From the IMG/VR virus record IMGVR_UViG_3300017756_003602, positions 1-55,648 of that record: 55,648 bases of DNA, one strand, 5' to 3'. Source of the stretch: a virus. Taxonomy: Duplodnaviria; Caudoviricetes. Of this stretch, positions 24,733-35,447 are shown in pieces. Both the position numbers and the translations under genes were made by a program. Numbering within the stretch: position 1 is the first letter of the stretch; each line of letters opens with the position of its first letter. The notes under the pieces were generated by a model. It saw only the letters and a list, made by a program, of their open reading frames with translations. It was not told the DNA's origin and did not search any database.

Positions 24733-26711
24733 TGCTGGTAGTTAAAAACGCGGAACAGCTACAAAGAGAAGATGAAGCAGCGAAGAACGCTAAGATTGAA
24801 GCTGAACGCGAAGCAACACAGCCACGCATTGTAGATAACTTAGCCGCGCACGTTCACAAATGCTGGACTACAGCGAAAAGTCACAAGGTTGATATTGCTG
24901 ACAGGCTTACTAATTGCCTACGCAGACGCAAAGGCGAGTACAGCCCTCAAAAACTGTCAGATATTAGAAAGCAAGGCGGCAGTGAAATATACATGAACCT
25001 CACCGGCACAAAGATTCATGCTGCAAAAGCATGGTTAAGTGACTTGTTTGCGTCCAGTAATGACCGTCCTTTTCACATCGAAGCAACGCCAGTACCTGAA
25101 TTGCCACCAGAAATTGCACAGAGCATGATTTCTATTGCCATTCAAAACGCAATGATGACCGCAGGAAGCCAACAAGAAGTCATGGCGATGACTGAGCAAG
25201 TTCTAAAGCAGCATGAAGAGCGCATTAAATCGGAGATAAACGAAGAAGCTGAAGCGCGTATGGAAAAGATGGCCGAGTATATCGAAGATATGATGGTCGA
25301 AGGTGATTTCCGTGGCGAGTTCGATGCGTTCTTAGATGACTTGGTAACGTACCCGTTTGCAATTCTAAAGGGCCCGATTTATCGCAAGCAGAAGCGTGTT
25401 AAATGGGTGCAGGATAAACAGACCGGCAGACACGTACCAAAGATAGAAGATAAACTTGTTCGTAAATTTAGACGCGTAAGCCCGTTTGACTTCTATCCTT
25501 CGCCATCTACAACCAATATCGGTGACCACTGGCATATTGAACACGTGCGCTTCACGCCTTCAACACTCGCATCAATGCGAGGCTCTAAAGGCTACAACAG
25601 CCAGAACATTGCCATGGCATTGAACGACCATCGTTTAGGCTTACGTCAGTGGGTATTTGAAGACTCAGAGCGTGAGCGCCTAGAAGGTAAGCGCAACTTC
25701 AATCATCATCAGTATGAAAACATCGATGGCCTAGAGTTCACTGGATGGATTCAGGGTAAGCAATTGATCGAATGGGGCATTGAACAACAGATTACCGACC
25801 CTTACGCAGAATACCCAGTAACTGTAGTGGTTGTGGGTAACTACACCATCAAGGCATCGGTTAACCCTGACCCTAACGGCAAGCCTGGTTATTACAAATC
25901 GACTTTCCGCAGCATACCTAACTCTTTTTGTGGTGAAGCACTAGCCGAAATCATTGAAGACATTCAAGACGCGGCAAATGCGACCATGCGAGCGCTTATC
26001 AACAACATGGCAATTGGTGCACAACCACAAGTTTCCATCGATTTAGCGCAGATACCGCAGGGCGCGAACATAACCAGCATTTACCCAGGGAAGATTTGGC
26101 AGTTTAGCAGCAAAGGCGTAAACGGCGCAGGGCAAAGCAAGCCTGGTATCAACTTCTTTAGTCCTGAAATCAAAGCCAATGAATTGCTTAGTGTGTACGA
26201 GAAGTTTGAACGCTACGCCGATGATAAAAGTGGTATTCCTGCTTATGCGTATGGTTCAGACCAAGCAGCTGGCGCAGGCAAAACCGCCTCTGGTTTATCT
26301 ATGCTGATGAACGCAGCCAGTAAATCTATGAAAGAAGTGGTGCGATCGGTAGATATTCACGTGATTGAGCCGCTTGTTTCTAACCTCTACACAAGCGCCA
26401 TGATTGACCCTGATGTACCTGAAGACATTAAAGGCGATGCGCAAGTTAAAGCACGTGGCTCTGATGCACTGATGCACAAAGAGGCCACCGCAATGCGACA
26501 AGCTGAGTTCCTTGCTACGACTAACAACCCAACTGACATGCAAATCATTGGTCCTGAAGGTCGCAGGGTATTACTTGAAAGTGCAGCCAAAGCCGCCGAC
26601 TTACCTGCAGCGCGTTTCGTTCCTACTGAAGACGAGCTTAGACAAAAGCTAATGCAAGAAATGGCAGCCGTTCAGCAGCAGGCGGCAGCACAAGGGCAGG
26701 TGCCGCAATGA
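24732..26711 (+). CDS. Portal protein
   Basis: ~660 aa after terL; RVSPFDFYP, PGKIW, TASGLSMLM motifs; TAATG coupling. Confidence 0.85.
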   Translation: MLVVKNAEQLQREDEAAKNAKIEAEREATQPRIVDNLAAHVHKCWTTAKSHKVDIADRLTNCLRRRKGEYSPQKLSDIRKQGGSEIYMNLTGTKIHAAKAWLSDLFASSNDRPFHIEATPVPELPPEIAQSMISIAIQNAMMTAGSQQEVMAMTEQVLKQHEERIKSEINEEAEARMEKMAEYIEDMMVEGDFRGEFDAFLDDLVTYPFAILKGPIYRKQKRVKWVQDKQTGRHVPKIEDKLVRKFRRVSPFDFYPSPSTTNIGDHWHIEHVRFTPSTLASMRGSKGYNSQNIAMALNDHRLGLRQWVFEDSERERLEGKRNFNHHQYENIDGLEFTGWIQGKQLIEWGIEQQITDPYAEYPVTVVVVGNYTIKASVNPDPNGKPGYYKSTFRSIPNSFCGEALAEIIEDIQDAANATMRALINNMAIGAQPQVSIDLAQIPQGANITSIYPGKIWQFSSKGVNGAGQSKPGINFFSPEIKANELLSVYEKFERYADDKSGIPAYAYGSDQAAGAGKTASGLSMLMNAASKSMKEVVRSVDIHVIEPLVSNLYTSAMIDPDVPEDIKGDAQVKARGSDALMHKEATAMRQAEFLATTNNPTDMQIIGPEGRRVLLESAAKAADLPAARFVPTEDELRQKLMQEMAAVQQQAAAQGQVPQ

Positions 26712-26950
26712 TAACCAATCTAACGGTACCGCAATTAAAGTCGCTTATTTATTTAAAGAACGTTCACACAGAGCACTACAACAACATTCAAGACATTATC
26801 ACTATGTTGGTAGAGCAGAACGTTGAAGCGCTAAAAAGCGCAGTGAACACACAAGAAATGTTTAAAAGCCAAGGCGCTATTTACACATTAGAAGAATTAT
26901 TGGAATTACTCGAAGACCCGAAGACCACACTGGCTCGGATTGAACAGTAA
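26708..26950 (+). CDS. Small head-associated protein
   Basis: FKSQGAIYTLEELL pattern common after podovirus portals. Confidence 0.65.
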   Translation: MITNLTVPQLKSLIYLKNVHTEHYNNIQDIITMLVEQNVEALKSAVNTQEMFKSQGAIYTLEELLELLEDPKTTLARIEQ

Positions 26951-26979
26951 TACCAACCACGCCTTAACGGGCAAATCAT

Positions 26980-27006
26980 AAGGTCGCTATCCAGCGGCCT
27001 TTTTTT
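26980..27006 (+). terminator. Intrinsic terminator
   Basis: AGGTCGCT-ATCC-AGCGGCCT followed by T-run. Confidence 0.75.
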
Positions 27007-27083
27007 ATACCTAAACGAAAGTGAACACCAGTGGGAATACCGCAAGGCTCCCGAAGATACTGACTCACCGAGGATAAGACACA

Positions 27084-28073
27084 ATGGCTTTACCACAGGC
27101 ACTGCAAGACGCAAATGAAAGAGCAAACGAGCTAATTCGCAAGCAAAGCGAAGGTCAATCAACTCCCGAAAATGGGAACACTGAGAAACCCATCACGCAG
27201 CCGCAAGCGCAAGAGCAGCAGAAACCACAAGAGGCCAGAACACCCGAGCCGCCGCAACAGCAGCAGCAATCGGACTCTGAGCAAACGTGGGAGCATAAAT
27301 ATCGAGTATTGCAAGGCAAGTACAACGCCGACACCAAAAAGCTTAATGAGCAGCTTCAAGAGGCTCAAAAGCGCAGCCAAGACCCAAGCTTGCAACACCG
27401 TTTACAGGCCTTAGAGTCTGAAAACTCGCAACTGAAGCAACAATTAGAGCAACAGCAACAGGCGAGCCAATCAAGCGGCGAATTAAAGCTTAATCAAAAA
27501 TTGGTTGACGAGTACGGCGAAGACTTCGCGCAAGCAGTAGCAGAGCAGTCAAGTGCGGGAACAAGTGAGCTAATCAATCGATTAACTCAGCAGATCAACA
27601 CGCTTCAATCAAAGTTAGAGCGAACTGAGCAAACCACCTCAGAAACCGCAGGCAACATGCGTATGCGTGAGTTAAATGCAGAGTTGAGTAAGCACAACAT
27701 TGATTTTGAGCAGGTCAATACTGATCCAATGTTCCATGACTGGCTATCTGCCATCGATGACGCAAGCGGCGAGCAACGCAATACGCTGATGAATAACGCG
27801 TTCCAGCGAGGCGATATCAATCGCACCGCATACTTTTTCAAAGCCTTTAAAGCCCAAGAGGGTTCCAACTTCAATAACAACCCATTATCAAGCCATGTTG
27901 ATGTAACCAGCCGCGCACCGAGTGACGCCGCAGGGGATGACAACGTATGGACCAAAGCGCAGATGGATAAGCTATATGCTGACAGACGCGCTGGCAAATT
28001 GACTGATGCAGAGTTTCAGAAGTGGGAGCAACAACTATTTTCCGCGATGCAACAAGGTACATACCTCGGCTAG
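27084..28073 (+). CDS. Capsid scaffolding protein
   Basis: Q/E-rich coiled coil; WEHKYRVLQGKY and VNTDPMFHDWL; precedes capsid gene. Confidence 0.75.
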   Translation: MALPQALQDANERANELIRKQSEGQSTPENGNTEKPITQPQAQEQQKPQEARTPEPPQQQQQSDSEQTWEHKYRVLQGKYNADTKKLNEQLQEAQKRSQDPSLQHRLQALESENSQLKQQLEQQQQASQSSGELKLNQKLVDEYGEDFAQAVAEQSSAGTSELINRLTQQINTLQSKLERTEQTTSETAGNMRMRELNAELSKHNIDFEQVNTDPMFHDWLSAIDDASGEQRNTLMNNAFQRGDINRTAYFFKAFKAQEGSNFNNNPLSSHVDVTSRAPSDAAGDDNVWTKAQMDKLYADRRAGKLTDAEFQKWEQQLFSAMQQGTYLG

Positions 28074-28095
28074 CGGTTTTTTGGAGTAATTAAAA

Positions 28096-29028
28096 ATGGG
28101 TTATCCTGTAGCAAGTGGCGCAGTCAACTATTCAAACACTGGCGCTAACAACAACTCTAGCTTTATCCCTGAAATTTGGTCTACGAAGTTACTGACCAAG
28201 TATTACGAAAACTGTGTTTACATGGAAATTGCAAACACTGACTACGAAGGTGAAATCAAATCGCATGGTGACAAGGTTCAAATCCGCACCATTCCTGATA
28301 TCACTATCAACGACTATGAGAAAGGTCAAGACCTGAACTACGAGCAGCCAGAAAGTGCGCCTGTGTCGTTAACTATCGACCAAGGCCACTATTTCGCGTT
28401 CAAAGTAAACAGCGTTGATAAGTACCAAGCAGATATCAATCTGATGGATACGTTCTCACAAGATGGCGGCATGAAAATGAAACGCCGTGTTGATGCTAAC
28501 GTATTGGGCTCTATCTACGCCGGTGCTGCGGCGGTAAATGCTGGCGCAAACGCGGGTAAAGATTCAGGCTCATTGAACTTGGGTACCGCAGCTGCGCCTA
28601 TTGACGTTACAAAAGACAATATCATTGACGTGCTTGTTGAGCGCTTTGGTGTATGTCTTGATGAAACGGACACGCCAGATGAAGACCGTTACGTGGTTCT
28701 TCCTCCTTCAATGTGTGCACGCATCAAAACGTCAGAACTGAAAGACGCGAGCTTAACCGGTGACGGTAACTCTACTCTTCGCTCGGGCAAAATCGGCATG
28801 ATTGACCGTCTTCACATTTACTCTTCACGTAACTTGAACGTTACTAGTGGCGCGTATGATGTGTTGTTTGGTCACAAGTCAGCGCTATCGTTTGCCGCAC
28901 AAATCACTGAAATGGAAAAACTAAAGAACCCGAAAGATTTCGGTGACTTGGTTCGTTCACTGTTTGTGTACGGTTTTGATGTGTTGCTACCTGAGCAACT
29001 TGGTCACAGTGTAATGCGCCTGGGTTAA
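28096..29028 (+). CDS. Major capsid protein
   Basis: FIPEIWSTKLL, NTDYEGEI..GDKVQI, GKIGMIDRLHIYSS, FGDLVRSLFVYG; strong SD; terminator follows. Confidence 0.9.
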   Translation: MGYPVASGAVNYSNTGANNNSSFIPEIWSTKLLTKYYENCVYMEIANTDYEGEIKSHGDKVQIRTIPDITINDYEKGQDLNYEQPESAPVSLTIDQGHYFAFKVNSVDKYQADINLMDTFSQDGGMKMKRRVDANVLGSIYAGAAAVNAGANAGKDSGSLNLGTAAAPIDVTKDNIIDVLVERFGVCLDETDTPDEDRYVVLPPSMCARIKTSELKDASLTGDGNSTLRSGKIGMIDRLHIYSSRNLNVTSGAYDVLFGHKSALSFAAQITEMEKLKNPKDFGDLVRSLFVYGFDVLLPEQLGHSVMRLG

Positions 29029-29054
29029 TTCCCGCGCATAACGTAAACCCTTTC

Positions 29055-29077
29055 GCCCCCTTAATTGGGGGCTTTTT
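29055..29077 (+). terminator. Intrinsic terminator after capsid gene
   Basis: GCCCCC-TTAATT-GGGGGC-TTTTT. Confidence 0.8.
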
Positions 29078-29096
29078 CGTTTAAGGAGCCTAGAAA

Positions 29097-29318
29097 ATGG
29101 CACAAGCAAAACCAACGACTGAAGGCGCAGTAGATTTACAAGACAACGCTACCGCTGAAGCACCTGATTATCTTCAAGCTAAATCTGGTCGTGTCTTCAA
29201 AGCAACACCTTACCTTGTGAAGCAGTGGCGCAAAGGCAAGTTCGGCATGATCAAGGCCACTAAAAAAGACTACGACGATGCTGTAAAAGCTGAAGCCGCT
29301 AAAGCCAAAGAAGCGTAA
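29097..29318 (+). CDS. Small virion/hypothetical protein
   Basis: AAGGAG SD, 73 aa. Confidence 0.7.
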   Translation: MAQAKPTTEGAVDLQDNATAEAPDYLQAKSGRVFKATPYLVKQWRKGKFGMIKATKKDYDDAVKAEAAKAKEA

Positions 29319-29333
29319 GAGCGAGGTTCACCA

Positions 29334-29984
29334 ATGGCAACACGTAAAGTTATTGATGCAATTGCGCAAGTGCGAGCAACGCTTGTAGATAATACAAGTA
29401 CACGCTGGCCTAATCCTGAACTACTAAACGCCTATAACAATGCTGTATTGGCAGTGGTGAACCTTCGTCCTGATGCTAGCACTAAGAACGTTGCGTTCAC
29501 GCTGGTAGCAGGCGAGTCAAAGCAAACCTTGCCTAGTGATGGTCTTCGCTGGATGGACGTTGTTTACGATGTAAATTCAGGCCAGCCGATTAGAAGCACT
29601 AAGCGCCGCATATTGGACGATCAAATACCTAATTGGCACAACACGCCAGGTGATCGCGTAGCAAGTTGGGCATTTGATGAGCGCGACCCGAAGACAATTT
29701 ATGTTTACCCTCAACCGTCACAGGCTAAGGATATTCAGATTGTTTACTCGGTAGCACCACAAGCGGTCAATATTACTGATTTTGAGAACGACACCACCAC
29801 TATCAGTATTGATGATTGCTATTTCAATGCAATCAAAGAGTACATGCTTTATTCAGCTTACTCGAAAGATGCAGATTACGCAGCTAACGCACAACGCGCA
29901 GCCTCGCATTACAGCATTTTCGAGCGTGCACTAGGTAATAAATCTGGTGTAGATAAAGCGGCTAACCCTGAAGAGCGCATGTAA
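29334..29984 (+). CDS. Head-tail adaptor-like protein (DUF6682-like)
   Basis: RWPNPELLNAYN...RPDA, YVYP, YMLYSAYSKDADY. Confidence 0.7.
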   Translation: MATRKVIDAIAQVRATLVDNTSTRWPNPELLNAYNNAVLAVVNLRPDASTKNVAFTLVAGESKQTLPSDGLRWMDVVYDVNSGQPIRSTKRRILDDQIPNWHNTPGDRVASWAFDERDPKTIYVYPQPSQAKDIQIVYSVAPQAVNITDFENDTTTISIDDCYFNAIKEYMLYSAYSKDADYAANAQRAASHYSIFERALGNKSGVDKAANPEERM

Positions 29985-30596
29985 ATGGTAACTTTTGATA
30001 GCTTATCCACGCTTGTAGCGCCTTACACACCCAATGTGCCAGCGTTCACAGCGGCTAATGCTATCCGCGAGGCAGCACGTGACTTTTTACGTCACGTGTT
30101 TGCCTATCAGCGCGAGATAGAGATTTGTGTAATTGAAGGCGAAGCGAAGTACAAAATAGAGCCGTATGACGCACACACCGAAGTTGTATCGATACTTGAA
30201 GTAAAGCGCTGTGATAGTGATGTGCTTACGCAGATGCAAAAAGACAATCGCGACACATACAGCGGCAAGCCTAGTCACTACATCGGCACCTTTGATCGCA
30301 CAATCAAACTCTTTCCCGTTCCTAATAAAGATGAAGAGTTAACGGTAACCATTGCGGTTCGTCCAACCTTTCAAGCGCCCATTATTGATAGAGCAGTGTT
30401 TGACGATAACGCTGAAGCTTTTCGATGGGGAGCGCTAGCTATTCTCAAAAAACACCCTGGCACTGAATGGTTTTCACCTGAAGAAGTGCCGTATTACGAA
30501 AACCTCTTCCTTGAAGCGAAAAACAAGAAAGCTGAAGAAATCAGACTTGGCAACATGCCTAACAACATGAAACTGGAAATTCCTAGCTTCCTATGA
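29985..30596 (+). CDS. Tail adaptor/structural protein
   Basis: PNVP...AIREAARDF, LFPVP, GALA...PG.EW pattern; synteny. Confidence 0.65.
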   Translation: MVTFDSLSTLVAPYTPNVPAFTAANAIREAARDFLRHVFAYQREIEICVIEGEAKYKIEPYDAHTEVVSILEVKRCDSDVLTQMQKDNRDTYSGKPSHYIGTFDRTIKLFPVPNKDEELTVTIAVRPTFQAPIIDRAVFDDNAEAFRWGALAILKKHPGTEWFSPEEVPYYENLFLEAKNKKAEEIRLGNMPNNMKLEIPSFL

Positions 30597-32545
30597 CCGG
30601 CATTTATAAAACTGGCACGATAACACTCAACAGTAATTCAAACATCGTGACAGGTAATGGCACGCTCTTTCAAAGCGTTGCCAATGCGCGTTTGGGTGAT
30701 TTGTTTTCGCTTGACGGTAAAGAGTTCTTTGAAATTTACCAAGTCGATACCGAAACGCAGCTACGCATTAGAAACTTGGTTACTGGTGCTAAGTATCAAG
30801 GCCAAAGCGTTGCCTCCGTTAGCTATGCTATAGTGCGAAACTTTGCAGCCTCAACCGATGCGCAAATAGCTTCTGATGTTGTCAGTCTTCAGCAACGATG
30901 GCACGAACGCGAAAGAGAAATGACAGAGTGGTTTGCTTCTGATGCAAATTACCACCAAATCACCGACATTCGCGGCGATAAGGTATTAGTCATTACGCCA
31001 ACCGGTCTTAATAACCTAGTTGATGGCCCTGTTAATATTGAAGACTTTGGCTTCCCAGTTGCCAAAGAAAGCCAAGCGCTAGACCTAAATGACTTTCCTG
31101 CAGGCATTTTCTATACTCGCCCATTATCAATTGCTCACCAGCCCCCTGGCTTTGGCTCTGGCATAAAGCTTGTTATCACCAATAAAAGTGAAGCGATTTT
31201 CTATCAGAAAATCATTGAGCTTAGTACGTCAAAAGTTCGCTATCGTATTGCCACTACAGCCGCCAATGCTGAGTTATGGAACACGCTAGGTAGCGAGGAT
31301 GGAGGAAGCGCACAAGTAACATGGAATGACATTCAGGGTGACATTCCAGCCACTGCTACAAGATGGCCTAGCTTCCAAGAGGTGACTGGCGATGTAGCGC
31401 AAATACTTCCAGATACTGCAAAGCGGTGGCCTTCATTCAGTGAGGTAAGTGGTGACATAAACAGCTTGCTTGCTGATTTTGCTAAACGTTGGCCGAGCTT
31501 TGAGGAAGTGACCGGCGATATTTTGGCTGTATTGCCAGAGACCGCTAAACGATGGCCTAACTTTCAAGAGGTGGCCGGATCTTTGGAAGTTGAACAGCTG
31601 CCAGAAGCCATAACACGAGATAAGAAGTCTCTATCACTTAGCCCACCTATAAAACGCGAGCCGAGTATTAGTCAAATACTGACTGACTACCCTACTTTGA
31701 AAAGCACCGAGGTAAGGCCTACAGCTTCACCAAACAACAGACGCATGATTCAGTTTGATGACGTGCGCGGCGAGGTTCATGTAGCACTGACAGATAGATG
31801 GTTCACTATTCCTACCACTATTGCCAGTCGGTCGTTCCCAATTTTTTATCGTGGTTTGATACTGCGCTTCAATAATAACAGTTCGTACACCGGCAATATC
31901 AAAATGCGTGTCTACCCGATGGGAACGGGCGGTTTAGGGTTGCCCAACAACCCCACGCTGGCTAATCACCAATGGCATGAGTACGAAACCAGCGTAACGA
32001 ACCTTTATAAAATTGGTGAGTTCAACAGCGAGTACTTCGAGGGAATCATTGAGTACATCGAACTAGATAGCGGATGGCACAAGTTCGATGTAAACCAGTC
32101 TGATGTTGGCTCATTAAACGCCAAGTTTGATACTGCATTTGGCACTTTGCGTTCACCCTTCAGAGCGTTCTATCAAAAGGCTGATGGCTATTGGTACAGC
32201 GAAGATATGTTCCCCGATACGCTTGATGAGATTGGTCCAAGCTGGGCGCAGGATGCCAGCAACCCTCGCAAATTTACTGTTACTGACGCTACGAGCGGCA
32301 GTGATGCTCTCAGGTTCTTTAGTGACTCCTACGACGATTTTCAATTTGAAGTAGTGTTAGTCGCTGAATATCTCAACAACACACTAGCTCTGACTGTTTC
32401 AAATCGTGACCCAAACCGAATGTACTACGCAGGTTCTGGAAGGTTCATTACTGACGAACGCATCTATTTTAAACGCGCTGGTTCAAAAGTGACTGGTGCT
32501 ATCACTGTTGAGTCAATAAAAATGAGAATCCCGCACTATGGATAG
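30593..32545 (+). CDS. Tail fibre protein
   Basis: YKTGTITL...VTGNGTLF fibre-attachment N-terminus; RWP repeats. Confidence 0.75.
   Translation: MTGIYKTGTITLNSNSNIVTGNGTLFQSVANARLGDLFSLDGKEFFEIYQVDTETQLRIRNLVTGAKYQGQSVASVSYAIVRNFAASTDAQIASDVVSLQQRWHEREREMTEWFASDANYHQITDIRGDKVLVITPTGLNNLVDGPVNIEDFGFPVAKESQALDLNDFPAGIFYTRPLSIAHQPPGFGSGIKLVITNKSEAIFYQKIIELSTSKVRYRIATTAANAELWNTLGSEDGGSAQVTWNDIQGDIPATATRWPSFQEVTGDVAQILPDTAKRWPSFSEVSGDINSLLADFAKRWPSFEEVTGDILAVLPETAKRWPNFQEVAGSLEVEQLPEAITRDKKSLSLSPPIKREPSISQILTDYPTLKSTEVRPTASPNNRRMIQFDDVRGEVHVALTDRWFTIPTTIASRSFPIFYRGLILRFNNNSSYTGNIKMRVYPMGTGGLGLPNNPTLANHQWHEYETSVTNLYKIGEFNSEYFEGIIEYIELDSGWHKFDVNQSDVGSLNAKFDTAFGTLRSPFRAFYQKADGYWYSEDMFPDTLDEIGPSWAQDASNPRKFTVTDATSGSDALRFFSDSYDDFQFEVVLVAEYLNNTLALTVSNRDPNRMYYAGSGRFITDERIYFKRAGSKVTGAITVESIKMRIPHYG
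31340..31580 (+). repeat. Four 63-bp (21-aa) repeats, RWP(S/N)FxEVxG core
   Basis: Arg codons at 31361, 31424, 31487, 31550. Confidence 0.85.
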
Positions 32546-35435
32546 GCTCTTTGATATCAATTTATCTTCAGCCAATGGCTGGACTGACGGGCAAGAGTGG
32601 GCAGAGTGCAACCCAGCGCAAGAGCTTGAGTCGATTTACAGACGTGTATTTTCTACAAGTGAAGAAGATAACCCCGACTATCGAATTGACCCCGGTGATA
32701 ATTTCTTTATTGCTTCCGCTTCTAATAATGTACGTGACTGGACGCCGAGAACATTGCCGTGGACATTTGACATTCCAAAAGGGCGAGATGGGAATCCACT
32801 ATCATTCTACTTTGGTCTTCAAGTGGGTGAGCGTGAGATTGACGAAAATTTATTTAATCACAGCCCATTCATGCAAAAAGTGTCAGGTGACTTTATCGTG
32901 CTTGGCGCTAACTACCACCGATTTTACGGTTTAAAAGTCAAAGACTCCGATCCTGTATTAAAGCTCAGTAAAGATAACCGAGGCGGCGAGGTGCATGGCG
33001 CATTGCTCATCAATACGCCGCTCATCAACACGCAGGGCTACGCTATGTTTGATTGGATATTACGCAAGCTCACGTTCATTAACACGTTTTTCAAAGCACT
33101 CGATATCCCTTTTAGCTCTAGCAAGGTGTCAACTCAAGACTTTGAAATAAGCGGAAAGGGCGATATTGGTATTGTGATTCGTGCTGGTCACTCCGAAATG
33201 GAAGTGATAGGCGGCACAATTACTAATGAAAACCATGAGTTCAGTGAAAATGAAACGTTACTGCACGGTTTAGAGTTAGAGCAAGGCGATAACGCCGTTG
33301 TGCGCTATGTGGAAACCAAAGGCTTTAGTGGCAACGGGTTCAAGTTCGGCTGTGAAGTCGATGTAAAGGGGCTTATTTCAGACCATGATGGCGCTGGTAT
33401 TGAGTTCTTGGAAGAGTCTACCGCGCGTGACTGCATGGTTAGCTGGACGCGGCAGTTGGCTGGACAGAGCTTTGCTTATTACTTCCATAAAGATGGTGAA
33501 CTGAATAACTGCGGTTGCAACCTAGATGAGACAGGCGGGTTAGGTGTAGTTGTTATTGGCCCCAATGCCACTGTAACCATTAACGGTGGAGATTATCGCG
33601 CGCACTTGCCGTTACCGTTTCTATCGGCTCTTGGAGCCTGTACCGTGAGGCTTAACAACGTAACGCTAAATGGGGTTCTATACAACGAAACAATTGAGCT
33701 TACAGAAGGCGAGTCTTGGCGTGGCGTTAAAGCTACTGTGACACCCAATGTTATACCCGTATACGCGAACAAAGCACTTTCTCTCCCGTACATGCATATT
33801 CCTGCGATGGCTGATGCGATTGCAGTGCAAGGATCAGAACGCCCGTTTGAAAATGTGATCACGCTTCCTAGTGGGGCAAGAATAGCTCCCACGCCTGATG
33901 GGTCACTGCGTTACATTCCAGCTGAAGCGTGGCTGCATTTAGACCCGGGTGAAATAGGTACTGATTATTTCAGGTATTCAACTGAAACACTTATCTACAT
34001 GCATACTTTTGAAATACTGCCTTCGCCTGAAGTTGGTGCGAAAGTTGTGCAGCCTGATGGTTTTAGCGGTTCGGGATGGTCTAAGAGTGGTGGCAATTAC
34101 TACGCGAATGGTACAAGCAATCCACTAACGGCAAACTACAACTTTGAAGCCGATGAAGTTTACCAAGTATCACTAAAGCTAGTAGATAAGCTTAGTGGCT
34201 CGGTCACCCCTAAAATCGGTAGCGAATTAGGCCAATATAGCCACAGCATTGAAGGAACAGAGGTATGGCTTATCCGTGCGCCAGCCAATGCAACACAGGT
34301 TCAAATTACGGCTAGTGGCTACAAAGGCAACGTTCAGAATATCTATGTGCGTAAGCTCCTAAGAACGGAAACACCAGCAGTGCCTACCCTTGCTGGCTCA
34401 GTTTCTGGAGCGACAGTTGACTTGCATTGGAAGCTACCGCCAGTAGATAGACTTAAATTTCGGTATACCGCAGACATCCACGTCCAAAACCAGCAACTTG
34501 ATCATGATGCGCAATCAGGCTACTACCGCAAAGACGCCTCAAAACGTTACTTGTTTGAAAACGTTTGGTCGGAAGGTAAACGTAAAGGCATAAGCCTCTA
34601 CGGTTCAGTGTCTGTTGAAGTCGATGGTTTTAAATGCACTGGTGGCTATGTAGGCCAAAGTGATACATGGCAAGTCGGCATACAGGTAGATTTATACAAC
34701 CCTTACGCCCAAATTCAGCAACTCGGCAACCTCAGCATCGACTTAGGCCTAGAAAGTAACTTTGCGAACTATCAGGCGCAATTCGGTAATTCTGACCCAA
34801 TCGTGGTGAACGGCGCTTACTCGGGCGAAGAAAGCTACTTGTATAGCGCCCATATCTACAATGCTGATTTGCGTAATGGCTCAGACGCTGTAACCGACCT
34901 TAAGAAAAACACGGAGGTTAACAACGCGTATTACCAAGGTGCCTGCAAGATGGTCAGAACACATAAGCATGGTAAAGCGTTAATGGCTAACATTGCGTTT
35001 TCTCAGTCCTACGGCACGCGCGAAGTATTCTCTGTGCAGCATAGCCCTGCAATTATTGAAATATGGAACTGCAGTATTGATGGCATACGCTGCGTCAATG
35101 TGCCTCAACTCGATAATCAGAAAAAAGATAATAGTTACTTCTATGAAGGTCGTGGAACGCTACAAGGGAAAAGAGGCGCTATCGAAGTGCTAAAAACCTA
35201 CCCGACTCTTGACGACCTTAACCGTTTTGCAATGACAGACATGGAGTTTCAATACAAAAGCTCAGGCGGTGCTAGCTGGTACGGTTTGAACTTCCCTGAT
35301 GTTGAACTTCCTGGTGTCATCGGAGCTTTTAAACGTTCATTTTCACTTTCTTCAGGCACATACCAGATCAGATGCCGTTGTTACAACGGTGCGCTTGTTG
35401 GCGCTTGGTCTAACACAATTTCAATTACAGTATAG
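32538..35435 (+). CDS. Large spike/adhesin-like protein (beta-helix-like regions, cadherin/VCBS-like Ig, FN3)
   Basis: Beta-helix-like periodicity; LPSGARIAPTPDGSLRY...GEIGTDYFRYS; C-terminal LSSGTYQIRCRCYN...GAWSN. Confidence 0.55.
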   Translation: MDRLFDINLSSANGWTDGQEWAECNPAQELESIYRRVFSTSEEDNPDYRIDPGDNFFIASASNNVRDWTPRTLPWTFDIPKGRDGNPLSFYFGLQVGEREIDENLFNHSPFMQKVSGDFIVLGANYHRFYGLKVKDSDPVLKLSKDNRGGEVHGALLINTPLINTQGYAMFDWILRKLTFINTFFKALDIPFSSSKVSTQDFEISGKGDIGIVIRAGHSEMEVIGGTITNENHEFSENETLLHGLELEQGDNAVVRYVETKGFSGNGFKFGCEVDVKGLISDHDGAGIEFLEESTARDCMVSWTRQLAGQSFAYYFHKDGELNNCGCNLDETGGLGVVVIGPNATVTINGGDYRAHLPLPFLSALGACTVRLNNVTLNGVLYNETIELTEGESWRGVKATVTPNVIPVYANKALSLPYMHIPAMADAIAVQGSERPFENVITLPSGARIAPTPDGSLRYIPAEAWLHLDPGEIGTDYFRYSTETLIYMHTFEILPSPEVGAKVVQPDGFSGSGWSKSGGNYYANGTSNPLTANYNFEADEVYQVSLKLVDKLSGSVTPKIGSELGQYSHSIEGTEVWLIRAPANATQVQITASGYKGNVQNIYVRKLLRTETPAVPTLAGSVSGATVDLHWKLPPVDRLKFRYTADIHVQNQQLDHDAQSGYYRKDASKRYLFENVWSEGKRKGISLYGSVSVEVDGFKCTGGYVGQSDTWQVGIQVDLYNPYAQIQQLGNLSIDLGLESNFANYQAQFGNSDPIVVNGAYSGEESYLYSAHIYNADLRNGSDAVTDLKKNTEVNNAYYQGACKMVRTHKHGKALMANIAFSQSYGTREVFSVQHSPAIIEIWNCSIDGIRCVNVPQLDNQKKDNSYFYEGRGTLQGKRGAIEVLKTYPTLDDLNRFAMTDMEFQYKSSGGASWYGLNFPDVELPGVIGAFKRSFSLSSGTYQIRCRCYNGALVGAWSNTISITV

Positions 35436-35447
35436 CGAGAACAAGCA

